From Camelus dromedarius (Eukaryota), in assembly GCF_036321535.1 (NCBI RefSeq), contig NC_087447.1, positions 36,954,001-37,018,000 on the forward strand: 64,000 nucleotides of DNA, in the 5' to 3' direction. Shown piece after piece: positions 39,623-53,316 of this stretch. Each line of letters opens with the position of its first letter. The stretch's first letter is position 1. The notes below the pieces were generated by a model. The model was not told where the DNA came from and did no database searches. It saw only the letters and a list, made by a program, of their open reading frames with translations. Position numbers and translations under genes: made by a program.

Positions 39623-39645
39623 ATTCATTCATTCATTCATTCATT
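39623..39645. repeat. (TTCA)n tract, probably an L2 tail
   Basis: cattcattcattcattcattcatt followed by L2-like minus-strand sequence. Confidence 0.75.
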
Positions 39646-40129
39646 GAATGAATTTTACTAATTGAAACTCTGTTTGCCGAGTGCTTTATTGGAACCTAGG
39701 AATATAGTTAGTGAAGAGCCAGCTCCTGCCGCATCCTCGAGGAACTTTCTTTCAGTCTAATGTGTTACTGTGGTCACTTCTTTGGAAACTATAAAACATC
39801 AGGAATTTAGACATAGTTCCATAGGGGATGTTAAGGAACTACCCTTAAATAACAGAAAAATATATCGGGACCTTGAAATGACTGCCTTTTTAGTCTACTA
39901 CCTTTGCATATGAGTTGAAAACCGAACAATCTTTTACTTAATATTTATTGAGTATCTATTATATAGGAAATCCTGGGGATATAAGAATGACTACAACATA
40001 AACACTAACTTTAGGGGTCCCATATTCCTGGAGATGGAAGGGAAGTATTGGAGATAATCACGTAAGATAACGCAATTACTTTGGAGCATGTAGCATAAAA
40101 GAAAGAGGAATGAATGCAACCTGGGAAGC

Positions 40130-40470
40130 ATCGTTGCAGATGCTGTTCCTTTGGCCTGAATTACCCTTCCCATCTGTCTTTACTGCCCTCTCCTATTCAC
40201 CTACTAATTCCTGTTCATCCTCAGAGACTCAGCTTAGAGTTTCCTAGGAGGCATTAGCTGACTGTCCTGTCTGGTGCCCTCTTGGTGCCCTGTTTACTTC
40301 AATATTAAAGCACTTACTATACTCTGTTATAATTGTCTGTTTGGGGTCTGTCTCCTTTCTGAACCATGAGCTCCTTTAAAAGAGGTGCTGTTTTATCCAC
40401 TTTTGTATACCCAGCACCTGGCACAAAGCCTAACTCACAGTAACTGCTCAATTAATAGTTTTCAGTGAAT
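40130..40470 (+). mobile_element. L2 3' fragment
   Basis: ttgcagatgctgttcctttggcctgaattacccttcc...tttgtatacccagcacctggcacaaagcct...tgctcaattaata. Confidence 0.8.
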
Positions 40471-40862
40471 TCATTCATTCATTCACGAAGCACACCACAT
40501 TTGAATAGGCCTGAAAGGATGAGTGGGACTTAGCATGAAGAGGTAGGAGAAGGAGCTTGCAGGCAGTGAGAGGAGCCCTGGCGAAGGCACAGTGTTGTGA
40601 AAGACAGGTCTGTTTCGGGTAAGTTATTTGGAAGTGGCTTCAGTGTTTGGCAAATGAGGCTAAAATGATAGGTAAGAGCCTGCTTTTGAAGGGAGAGATC
40701 ACAGCAGGAAAAGTTAGCATAATATAGTGCCGGTAATTGCCTTCCTGTCCCCTGGAATTGACTGTAGTAAAAAGGTACTAGGTGTATGAAAACATGAAGT
40801 TTCATTCTGCCCGGTGTGTCTTTGAGGCCTACATCAGAAGAGCCCGTAGCATTGTCACTTGA

Positions 40863-41252
<390 letters not shown>

Positions 41253-43789
41253 TGATGCTGATCCTCTACCGCATGAGTGGCAAGAAGGGGCCTGATTTGA
41301 CACCAAAGGGAGGCTGTGGTTTGCAGAAGTTAGGTGTTGCTCAGCAAGCTGCCCCGGGAGACTGTGTCATCTCCGCATCCATCACGCTGCAATGTAGCAT
41401 TTACCTTTAGGAGCTAGAACACCCACCGGTGCCAGGGCAGGACTGACTAAAATCTTACCTTAGAGGCAAAACTATTTATTGTATGTATTAATAGGGCAAC
41501 TCTAAGAGCTCACTGCTAACTAAGAGTCATGGAGACGAGCTTTATCTCCTTTCTTTAACTCAGTCTTAAAACTCATAAGTTGCTATGGAACCCTGGAAAC
41601 GCTCATAGACGCTACAGTTTTCTGCTTTAGTATTCTTGGGTTCATATGTCCCTCTGAAAGTACTCACCAAGGACTAGGGGTGAGCCCCCAAATAGTGTGA
41701 AATTTATGGAGTGTAGAACAGTGCCTCTAATGATAACTTTGAAACTTGTAAAATAAAACTACATTTACTTTAATAAGATATGACTAGTTCAAATTTCATA
41801 GCAGCGAGTTGAACACATAGACCACAGGGCAGAGGCCCATTTTGTGGTAAATTGCCAGAGTGATTCTCCCGTTTCTCCGGATTAAACTCAAGCCTTGTTC
41901 TATTAGTGTAAAGCTTGCCAGCACAGATTATACAGTTTGGAATTATTGCGCTCAACACATTGAACATATTTCATTCAACATGCAGCATTACAGTCAACAT
42001 GTTTCCTCTTTAAGAAGAAAAAACACAGAAGGCACTGTTCTATTTAAGCTATCATGATGTGACAAAATCTCAAAGGGAGCCGCTTAAGAAGCCGAAAAAC
42101 ATTAGAGACTTAAACTGTGGTTTTCATTTTTTAAATGTTTTGTTCAAAAGCAATAAATATTTAACCTGAGTAAATATCAGTGATCTGGATATACACAAAT
42201 ACACATGTTTTGTCACTGTATAAATAATTTAACTTGATTCTGAGACATTTTGAGGCAGTCAGTGACCTCTAAGAAAATTTAAAACATACATAAGATCAAA
42301 TAGTGGTGAAATGTTAAAATACAAGTTTTTCATTTTGACTTTTGAATTTCAAGATGAATACTAAATGTTATTACAACTAAATGGGGTTTTATTTAGAGTT
42401 TCAGAGATACACATTCTTCTTATATTATTCTTATAAATTTAATTTTCTTATAAACTAAATTAATAAATTTAAAAATCTTTCAAACCATAATGCTCCTTGT
42501 AGATATATTAAATTTTTTTTCTCGTTAATGGACAGTCAAAAGAAAAGTTAGTGTTTCTCTATCCCTAAAGTTTGATATCTAACTTGAAATTCTCCTTTTT
42601 TTTTTTTTTTTGCCATTTTAGCAGCAGGATGAGTAAGCTCTCAAACGGGCACAGAACCTCTCTGTTTCCATTTTGGCAGCTGTGGGGAATCTATATTACT
42701 AGTGTGCATTCTGTGAAAAAAAGTTAAGAATATAATAAGTGTATTCATTAAAATATAAACTTTTCAGCACAAGCATTTCAAGAGCACCAAAAATCCTCTG
42801 TTAACTGGGGCTTTAAGCTGGGAACCAGCGGAACAGAGAAGCCTATCCCTGTAGACTTTCTACACAACTTTTGCACAACAATCAGGAAAGAACAGGGATG
42901 GATGTGCTATTAAAACAGACCAGGATATTGCTGGCTATAGAGAATATTTGTACAACTTTTCCATTTGTTTATGTATGAAAAATCTCCACTGAAGAATAGC
43001 TAACATCCAGTCAGCACAGCTGTTACCGCTTTATTCACCAGCGAGACACAAAAATGCAATTCGATACACGTAAAAAAACACATCCCTTCTTCGTCAAGTG
43101 TTTAGATAATTCTTTATAAACAATATTAGAGAAGTGAATACTTTTCTTTCTTCCTGTGTAAACCATATTAAAAATTTTTGTACTTTCATTGGTACAGCTT
43201 TGAATGAATGTTTATAGTACTTGAAAATGGTATATATAATTCCAACTGTACCTTCCGGTTCTAAAGCTATAACTTCTTAAGTAAGGTTTAGCCTTTTTAA
43301 TTACCCTAGGCCGGGGGAGACAGTGTGCACCTTAGGTTTTTACATACAGAGGAATATCAACATCTGCTGACATCCTATCAAAGGAGAGCTTCGCTAAAGA
43401 TGCTTGGGGTGTGGGGAGATGTTTGAATTTCTGGAACTAAGAGAGCTTTTCCTGAGAATTCTGTAACACTCAAAAGTATGCTTAGGAAATTTAGGTTTTT
43501 AACACTCTTGAGAAAGATAGGCAGAAGGATAGGGCAAGACCTTGGTGTAGGAGATAATCTTTAAGCAGCAAAGACATATTTTAAAACAATATACTTACTG
43601 TAGCATCAACTTTAAATTATTGAGAGAAGTAACATAATGCATGTGTCACGTACAACGTTATTCTCTGCTCTGTAGTCTAAAACACTGGTTGTGAGGCTCA
43701 GTGGTTGTGGTGACGGGAGCTGCTCAGAGCGCAGGTGAGTGAAGTGGCGGGAAGTGTAAGCAGTATTTGCCGGGAGTGTGTTGCTTTGA

Positions 43790-44041
<252 letters not shown>

Positions 44042-45204
44042 TAAGTGCTCCTGCATTTAGCCACCTGGGCCTTCCCGTCCCAGTAGGAAGCCCCAGGATG
44101 GCTACTGGCAGGGTGTTTGGGAAGGAGACTAGGGAAGGGAGGAGGCTGGGACATACTGAAGTGGCTCAGCTACAGTAATCTTTGCAGTGTCACAAGCACA
44201 CAGCCTTGCAGCATGGCTCCTGCTCAAATCAAATCAGATCAAACCTGCAACAGGTCACTCCCAACTGCTCACCCCTTTCATTGTCTCCCAGGCTAATCTA
44301 AGATGTTCAGTGCCCACACACAAAGTTTCTGGTAGTTTATTTAAGTAGACACACAGGGAGGAAAAAATTAAAACTAACCCTAAGAAATCCCCAGAAGCTT
44401 TCCAGCTTCTCTGGGTGGTGCTTCTGACTCTAATCACAATAGTCTGCTTTTGTTGTGGGATCTACCACAAGATAATTGGCCTTGACATTGGTTAGAGGAC
44501 CTCATTTTTGGCATAAGATCCAGAACTCCTGTTGCAGTAAATTATACTGTGGTAGAAGCAGTAACAATGTGGATTTTCTTGCTTAAATCAGAAACTAGAC
44601 ATGTTTTTGATATCTTCAAGTCTGATTTCATGTCATTTTGTTTAAAAATTAGGTAATAGATTTCTGGTATAAATTTCGACTTGGCTGACTGGCTGTCTGC
44701 ATTCAGAAGAGGCCTCTTGTAACCACAGTAGTCAGAATAAGTGGGGATGCGGATGCCTGTAGGTTCCAGCTTACCCAGACCTAGAAGCACAGGGGGGTGG
44801 CAAACCAGCAGACCATTCTGGAAGCCTCAGCCTAAGGCAGCTGGAATCAGACTGGAGAGACACTTGGGAAAGGGCTTGAGAGAGAGACGTGGAGGAAGTA
44901 AAAAGGAAGCTGTGTTCACTGTTAACTGAAAGGGGAATTGAGGAGCTGTGCTGTGCCAAGGATGTGAGAAAGCTTTACTTAGAGGCGAAGAAAAGAGATA
45001 CCTTAAGGAGCGGTAAAGAACTATTTATTTATTTTTAAGGACACTCAAAAAATAACTTCATGGAACAAAAAGTTGGTTTCAGAAGCACGTGTTTAAAAAC
45101 AGAAAACTAATTTGGAAAAGTAAATAGTAAAAATAGAAAAAAAAAAAAAAAAAGGCCAACGAAAGCTGCGTGGGTCACTAATCTATACAATACACCAGAG
45201 TGTT

Positions 45205-45430
45205 CTGGGGAAGAATGTGGGCTTTGGCGTTTGACCACCGAGTTTCAGACACTGACTGTGCTACCTACTTGGCCACGTTATTTAACTTTTCTAAGCTTCT
45301 GTTTTTCTGTTTTCTCATGTGTGAAATGAAACGAATAATAGTATCTATCTCATACAATTGTTGAGAGGATTCAATGAGGCAATGCTTTCAAAAGTGCTTT
45401 GTGTAATACTTAGTACAATATCAATAAAGG
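45205..45430 (+). mobile_element. MIR SINE
   Basis: ttatttaacttttctaagcttctgttt...aataatagtatctatctcatacaattgttgagaggattcaatgag. Confidence 0.8.
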
Positions 45431-47269
45431 TGAATTCCTGTCATTATTATTACTATTAAACATGGATTTACCTATGTCACACTAGTTAATCAATGAATTT
45501 CTTTACACTATGGCAGAACTTTTTCTAGGTAAAGAGAGGCTTAAACCGCTTTGTTATTTGAGAATCCCAATATATTAACAGATGAAGACATGCCAAAATA
45601 GGATGTCACATTCTTCTGTGTTATAAATGTTTGCACCTTCTAAAGTAAAGCTTTTAACACAAAAGTACAATGCAATGTAATTGGGCTATCCATGTGTTAA
45701 TTAGGGGATTTATGAAATACCCCAATTCACAGTGTACTTTAGGAAGTATAGTTGTAGGTAACAAAATACAAATTTAAGACTGTGTAATGTCTTCTTTTAA
45801 TCCTGTTAGTATATCTCTGAGAATATATATAACCTCCTTTGAACAGAGAATCAAAAGTTTAAATTTGAGATATTTTGTGATTCCCACCCTTCTCCCCAGT
45901 CATGTTCCCTGTGTTGCATAATGGGTCCTTCTGCCATAATCTGGAAGGGTATCGAAGGTACTGTCTTAGTTCCAAATAGGAGATGGCGGTAATTCTATTC
46001 AATTTAGTCCTCTTTACCAAAGGGACATTGGTGACAGCTCTGGACCAAAATACCTCATTCCATAGTAATACATGTAAAATGAACTTAGCTAGAACAACTC
46101 AATAGCATCTACTACTTATTGAATGCCTACTGTATACGAGGTGTTTTAGGTATACAAATTATATAATCCTGTAAATAAGATAAAGAAATAGAGGCCCCAG
46201 GAGGTCCTATGGCTGCTGAAAGGTGAGAAGGAGCCAGGGATTAAATCAGGCCTCCGCCTCTGCCATGCCGAATGACTGAGGAACTGTCTTTACCACGTTG
46301 CTTCAAAATGTGCCTTGTCATCCTGTCCTGGCACAGTTACAAGTATGACTTTACCATTTGAGGAAGAGCTCCTAGAACCTAGAGGAAATAAGGACTTTTG
46401 TTGTGGTATACGGTGGCATAAAAAGAGCTTTGAAATTTCGAGACTAAGGACCTGGTAGCTAGTGTAGGAGGTCCTCTATGGAAAGCTTATTTTAGTCTGT
46501 GGAATAGAGCCACAGGCATGCAGGCAATGGCCAGAATGTCTTGTTCTCTAATCTTCAGTGCTGAGTATCTTCCTCCGCCCAGCTTAGGTAATACTCGCTA
46601 CGTGAAGCCAAGTGATGTCTTCACTTAAGGATTCGCATTCTCTCCCAGGTAGTTGTATTTTATAGATTATTAACTCCCTTGGATTCATCTTTGGAAACTG
46701 ATCTTCATTAGATGCAAGGTTATTAGAAGAGGAAAAACCAAACACAAAATTCAAATACTGCTATTGACTTCTTGAGGGAATGGGAGTGAGATCAATTTTT
46801 ATAACTGATTTTGAAAAGGTGTGCATAACTTTCAAGCCAATAAAATGACATATATTGTTCAACATTGTCATGCATTTTACTGATGATACAACTGGAAGTT
46901 CAGTGAGTTTTTTTTTCTTTTTTACTCAATTATTATGAAATGAATTTATCAATATATGAAATAGAATAATGTTAGCTCTAGCCTTGGATTTAACCCCTTC
47001 ACTTGATAGCTTAAGTATCAGAATTTTGCAGTAATCCTGACAGGAGTACCATTAATGTTAAAATGATATTTGTTAGGGTCTTTCCCCAAAGAACTGTGGC
47101 CACATGAAATGTACTTCCAATTTGTTCGAAGCTTATTCAATAGTTTACCTATGAACTAATAGAGAATTATGCAGATACTATAAAATATTTAAATTGGGGT
47201 TACATTTTGAGTAACAATAATTAGCGTGAATTATACAGATTATTGCAAATACAACAAATTTGTAAGATA

Positions 47270-47740
47270 AGAAGTATCATCTGCATCCTGGGGTTGAAAA
47301 ACAGAATGTTCAGAGATGTTAAATAATTTGTTCAAGGCCACACAGCTAGTACATTGCAGAGCTGAGATTGAAACCAGGCTTATGTGAAACATATGTCCTT
47401 TTCACCATTACACATACCTCTCAATTAGAGCCTACAAATTGTTTAGAGGCTGTATAGTATAGTGGTTAAGAACACCAACTCTGGAACCAGACTATTCTGG
47501 CTCAAATACTAGATCTGCTTCTGCCTGGCTCTAGGAACTAATGCTTAGCAATCCTTATCCTCTAAACTCTCCATTTGCCCTTGGGAAACTTACTTAAACT
47601 GTACCTCAATTTCCTCATATAAAAATTGGGATGACAGTAATACCTACATCAGATCCTTCTGAAGATTGAATAATTTAATATATCTAAAGTGCTTGGAATG
47701 GTGTCTGACACATAGTAAGCCCCAATTAAAGCAAATATTA
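47270..47740. mobile_element. Two adjacent MIRs (minus about 47270-47415; plus about 47448-47740)
   Basis: gttaaataatttgttcaaggccacacagctagt...gcagagctgagattgaaaccagg; then gtatagtatagtggttaagaacaccaactctggaaccagac...cacatagtaagc. Confidence 0.85.
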
Positions 47741-49064
47741 TTCTAGAGAAAGGATGCTATGTGTCAGGTATATATTTCATATTATAAAGAATTATGTTTG
47801 CTGCATTATGCTATAAATGGTATGAACACTTGCTATTTTGATCTGAATCTTAAAGAGGCTGAATCAAACCTATAAGATGCTTATAAATTTAATTGATTAG
47901 CATAGACTAGACATTCTGTTTTCAGTATTGTCTTCCTGTAGAGAAAGCCAGATTAGAATCTCTCATAGGTAATGTAAAAAGATGTGCAATTTATAGGCTT
48001 ACCTACTAGTGAAACAAACGTCATTGCCTTCATTTATAGATACTGTGAGGGTCTGAAGGATCAGCAGACAGGGGCTTTGACAATATAAATAAATAATTCC
48101 ACTGCAGTTAGCAAAAGCTAGACCATACTCCAGAAATGTTCCTGTGATTTGGAAGCCATGCAACAACGCTGGACTCTGTCAGGGCCAGCTTAAACTCTTG
48201 GGCTGGGAGGGAGGGTCCTTAGCCATCTCTGCTCACATCAGCTGCACATGTATACTTTTACAAACATCCACAACTTTTGTTTTGATGCATACATTCATTA
48301 TTTGTAAAGCCCAATACTTGCCAGCTATTCCTGTTTGTGAAATCTGCAGTGTTTGAATTTTGACTTCACAATTGATTTGTAGAGGAAGGAAAAATGCTTT
48401 CTAGGAAAGTAATTTCCGATAGACAAAGCTTGATTTTCCATTTTGTTAATTGATTAGTCGGTCAGTTGGTAAAAGCCTGTTGGAAACCAGCTGTGTGCCT
48501 AGCACTGTACTAAATTAGTATAGTGCATGAGGCATCAGTTCTACACACAGTGAGTTATCAGAGAATGCTATTAACAGAGAAGCTGGACATATACATAAAT
48601 AGGTTAGCAAATAACAGTTTGTTACACACACACACACAATACATTGCATAGTGCTGCACAGAGTGTGTAATGAAGTACTAATTTTGATTATATAGCTCAG
48701 AGGAAGGGAGATTACTATGGGTTAGGACCAACCAAAGGCCATTCTTGAGGTAGGGGACTTGAGATGTGGGTAGGGGGCAGGCTGGTGAAGGACAGGTTCC
48801 TATTTTAGCATGAAGGAGAGCATGAACACATGGGGGAAATATGAAAATGTTCAATAATAAAGAGGGAGGCTAGCCTAGGAATTGTCCCTGACAGTAAAGA
48901 AAAGTAAGATATGTAGGGTGGGACAATATTTTGGAAACCCTTGAAAGCCAGGCTTCTTCAAGTATAACTAGCTATGCTCATTTAATTTTTTTTAGTTTCT
49001 TTTTATGCTGATAATGACAGTGAGGGAGCAAGGCCAGCATGACAGTTAGCTTATGATTTTGCAT

Positions 49065-49330
49065 CCGCAGAATCAGTGGTAACTTAGAAGGGGCCTCAGA
49101 AGTCATATCCTTCAAGCAGCCAGCAGTTGTGGGAGTCCTTTCCAAGTTCGGCTTGAACTCTTCCAGGGCCAGAGAGCTCACCACTTTCCAAGGGAGCTAG
49201 TTTCTTTGTGGAACATCTCTTAATACTAGAAAGTTCTTTTCTTTTAACTAAGCCTCCTACTTTATAGATTGGTTCTGATCCTCTTCTTTGGTCTTTTCTA
49301 GAACAAATCTCTTCCTTATTTGTGAAGAAA
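49065..49330. mobile_element. CR1/L3-like fragment
   Basis: cttgaactcttccagggccagagagctcaccactttccaagggag...ctcttaatactagaaagttcttt resembles the L3/CR1 3' region. A similar fragment lies at about 21680-21790. Confidence 0.6.
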
Positions 49331-49464
49331 ATCACTCAAGATCTAAAGATGGTTATATTCACATTCCTTCCGCACCACCCTCTCTCCCTTATAGCTAAGC
49401 TCTTTACATCTTTTCTTCTCCAAAATAGGTTACCTAGCCTTTTCATTTCTTTTCCCTCTCACTC

Positions 49465-50390
49465 ACTCGTTCATTCATTTATTCCATGTATTCAGCAGAC
49501 TTTTGTTGAATGCTTCCTGTGTTCCAGGCATTGCCTAAGCTCTGGGACTGTATCAGTGAAAATCCCTGTCCTTATGAAACTTGCGGTCTAGTGGGGAAAG
49601 TCAATGAATTAATAAATAAATATCAAACAGTAATAAATGCCTTAGAACAAAGTAAAGGAGGGTACAGGATAGGGGGTTTGAGAGGCTAAAGTGCAATTTT
49701 AAACCAGAGACCACAGAAAACCTCACTGAGAAGATAAACCTGAGCAAAGACCTGAGGAGTGAGGGGGCCAGCCACGCGGGTGGATGTCTAGGAGAAGAAC
49801 TAGGCAGGGAGAACAGCAGCCGTGAAGATGGTGAGAGGTTGTGCCTGGCTTGTTGGGAGACATGAGTCCCGAGCGATAGGAGCAGAATGAGTAGATGCGA
49901 TGAGTAAAGGCAGTAGTAGTAGAGAGAGATGAGGAGAGGTGGTAGGGAGCCGAATTCTGAAAGGACTTGAATTTGACTCTGAGTGAGATGGAAAGGCATT
50001 GAAAAGTCTATAAGCAGAGGAGTATTGTGATCTGACTTAGGTTTTAAAATGATCACTCTGTCTACTATGTTGAGTATTGTCTGAAAGAGATGTGACCTGA
50101 ACTAAGGAGGCAGGCTCTTACAATAAACCAGATTAGAGTTGATGGTGGCTTGAACTAGGTTTGTAGATGGCAAAAGTGGAGGGATTCTGGACAATATTCC
50201 TAAGAATGAACCAATAGGATTTGCTGATGGATGGGGTATAGGGATATAGGATTGGCCCCAGCAGCCAAAAAGATGAAGTAATCATTAACCAAGATCTGAA
50301 AGGTCATGAGAGGAGCCATTATAAGGGAGAATGATCAGGAATTCAGTTTTGCCTCTGTAAGTTTGAAATGGTATTTTGACATCCACATCA
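49465..50390 (-). mobile_element. L2a-like element (about 0.9 kb, well preserved)
   Basis: ttcattcatttattcc...tgaatgcttcctgtgttccaggcattg...tgagcaaagacctga...gatctgacttaggttttaaaatgatcactctg...gatttgctgatggat. Confidence 0.9.
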
Positions 50391-50529
50391 GATAAGAAGT
50401 TTTATATATATTTGGATTCTGATTCAAATTGTTAACTAATTTTCTGATAGTGTGAACTTGCCTTTCTCACCCCAATCTTGATATCCTCAGTAGGGAATTT
50501 GTGAAATAAGGAAGAGTTCAATTCCTGGA

Positions 50530-50700
50530 TGTGGGGCTTGTGTGTCCTTAGACAAACAGCAAATTCTCTGAACCTTAACTGGTTACTTCATCTATAAAAT
50601 AGGGGAAATAATAATTGACCCCTCAGGTGATTGTGAGGATTAAAGAAGATAACGTGAAAGCATCTAAGCATCGTCCGTAGCACATAATAGGAGCTCAATT
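50530..50700 (+). mobile_element. MIR fragment
   Basis: cttcatctataaaataggggaaataataat...ttgtgaggattaaagaagataacgtgaaagcatctaagca. Confidence 0.8.
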
Positions 50701-51319
50701 CAAATTTATTTAATAGACATATAGATATTTTTACTTAAAAAATCTTGAAGAAAATTATGATCTCTTCTTTATGAAAAGAAAATGTCCTTCATGAAAAGAA
50801 AATATACCATTTGATAGTTTGTATATGGTATGTAGAGTTTCTATTTTAGATTAGCTCACCAAATTGGGAAATCTGTAAAATGGGTCAATATTACAATAAA
50901 AGTTTATCACTCTACAGGCATTTTGTGATTGAAGCAAAAATATTTTTATTGCAATTACCGAAATTCAGTAAAAAAAAATTAATGAGACATTTACTGTCTT
51001 GGGTAGGTTAGCATGTAATTTACTTTGTGTTAATTTGCCCAAAACTTAGGAAACGAGAAGTATACTATCTTTAGAATTTGACTCTATGGAAGGGAAGCCA
51101 GCATTTTATCAGATGTTTCTACACATGGATTTAGATTCCTCTATCGTCATCATCTTTTGAGTAATTAAAAAAAATTACCTTGAGCATCACACACAATGAA
51201 TCAGTATCAGGTGCTTAGTATCGGCTGGATACCTACAGGCTGTGTAGAAACCAGGAGTTTTTATGGCATTTAGGGAGCTTAGTGTATCTGTATGTTGAAT
51301 ATCTATAAAGGGAAGAGTG

Positions 51320-51480
51320 ATGTACTTCAAGTCTGTTGACCTAGGTTTAAGTCCCAGCCCTGCTGATTTTTGAATGCAAGGCCTTGAGCAAGGCCTCATT
51401 TTCTTCATCTGAAAACTGAGCTTAATAATACCTCATAAAGTTGCCATGTTAATTGAATGAGGTAATACATATGAAAATAT
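51320..51480 (+). mobile_element. MIR fragment
   Basis: gacctaggtttaagtcccagccctgc...gcctcattttcttcatctgaaaactgag...aatgaggtaatacatatgaaa. Confidence 0.8.
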
Positions 51481-52897
51481 TATATATATTATGTTAGTCA
51501 AAGGTTAAGCTATCATGATTATGCCTCCTAGTGTTTGAAAGAGGTTGTTAAAGATAGCATTTTCAGATATCCCACAGTGTGATTCCAGGCCATTTGTGTC
51601 ATTTCTCCATCTACCAGGCTGGAGGACACGCAGGCCTTTTTGAGAAATTGTGCTCCTTTAGGGAGTGTCAAAGGATCGCTGGTAAGCTAGTTCTTCACAA
51701 ATTCAGATTTTTTTCCTGTTAGACTGAGGTGGATAGAAAGTTTCAATGAAGGGGTCAATAAGAATGGTTCAAGTGATGGTCTGATCTGAAGCCAAGTACT
51801 AAAAGGTAGAAGGACCTTCCAGGACTTCCCTGACCCCAGCTTTTATAAATGCATGGAAACTGAAGCTCAGAAAGGAGAGTTACAATGACATTTTGAAGTG
51901 AACTTAATATTACTGTTCATAACGATTGAGAAATACTCAGTGAATGCTAAAGCCATGAGAATAATATTTCAGTCATAGTTTTGAGCTAGGTAGTAGGTCT
52001 TTAATTCTTTCAACCAGTTATAATGCCTCCAGGGAAGTTGAGAGGCAGATAGCCATGTCTCCCTGCAGAAGGAGAGACTGACCTTCATAAAGGGTCTGGT
52101 AGGTTTATTTGAACTAGAGTGACATTATGACGAAGTGATCTGGTGTGACCAGGCCTCAGCCCCTGCTGGGATCCAGGATGAGGAGACGTGTGTCCTCCTG
52201 TTAAGTGGTTGGAGGAGCTCTCATTGTTCTTCACTCCTGACTCCTCCAACCCCAGCTCTAGCCCAGGGCCACAGGAGTAATGACACCCAAGATGATCCTT
52301 CCATAATTAGGAAAATAGAAGCTTCCAGGGGCTTCCCTACAAGTTCAGCCGTGGAAATAAATAGACATTTACAAGATAGCAAATACATGCTTTGCTAAAT
52401 CTGACTCTTTGGGATATACCGGATACTTTCTCATCTTGATCTTTCTTGAACTGTACAGTTCTCAAACCGAGGTGAAGACACAAGCCTGCTTAACAGCGAG
52501 CGACATTGTAGCATGTCTCATGTTACCAGCCTATATTTTGTAATGTTCTGGGAGATCTTAAAAATGATCTCGCAAGTAACTTTGTGGAATTAACCACAGT
52601 GTTTGTTCCAAATGCCAGAAGTTATCGAAACTTTGCCATATTTGTCATGTTATAAGGACCCTAATTTTATGTCGCAAAACCATCAATAAATTCCTCCATT
52701 GTGTTTCTTAACTCCAACCACAGCGTCAGGGAGACTTGCAGGACCCCTCCAGGAAACACCTTTGTCACATTCTGTCATCTGCTTAGACTTTCCACAGAGC
52801 CCCTTTTTAGAACGTGTGGGGGATGAATTCCAGTGCCACACAGAAGAACAGATGTATGTAGATATTTCCCTCTGCTTTATTTTTTGAATCTATACAG

Positions 52898-53201
52898 GCA
52901 ACAGCCTCAGATTCCAATCACCACAGGAACAGGTGTTGTGTATCCTGGTGCTATTACTATGGCAACTACCACACCGTCACCTCAGATGACATCTGACTGC
53001 TCTAGCACCTCCGCCAGCCCAGAGCCCAGCCTCCCGGTCATCCAGAGCACTTATGGAATGAAGACAGACGGCGGAAGCCTAGCTGGAAATGAAATGATTA
53101 ATGGAGAGGATGAAATGGAAATGTATGACGACTACGAAGATGATCCCAAATCAGACTATAGCAGTGAAAATGAAGCCCCTGAAGCTGTCAGTGCCAACTG
53201 A
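52898..53201 (+). CDS. SOX6: SOX6 terminal coding exon (304 nt to TGA): (G)[29 protein letters not shown]...[25 protein letters not shown]
   Basis: Acceptor tttttgaatctatacAG|GCAACAG. Matches the SOX6 C-terminus. The four exons total 864 nt = 288 codons including the stop. Confidence 0.98.
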
Positions 53202-53316
53202 GGAGCGTTTGTTTGCCGAATTAAAATACTCTGACATTTCACTGCCCCTCCCCCAACAAAAAAGTTCTTAAAGAGCCCGCATGCATTTGTGGCTCCACAA
53301 TTACATCAGCAGAATG

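Noticed and set aside
47270..47740. Inverted MIR pair (also 8715-9040) and L2 tail palindromes (39623-39655, 40465-40487) as dsRNA or miR-28-like hairpin sources
   Set aside because: The copies are too diverged and the stems too short to support a stable hairpin by eye.
49601..50056. 151-aa Leu-rich minus-strand ORF
   Set aside because: Lies wholly within an L2 relic; a decayed repeat read-through, not a gene.
52898..52910. Tandem downstream AGs (GCAACAG, CCTCAG) as alternative acceptors of the last exon
   Set aside because: Shifts of 7 and 13 nt would frameshift the conserved C-terminus; nothing in the sequence supports their use.
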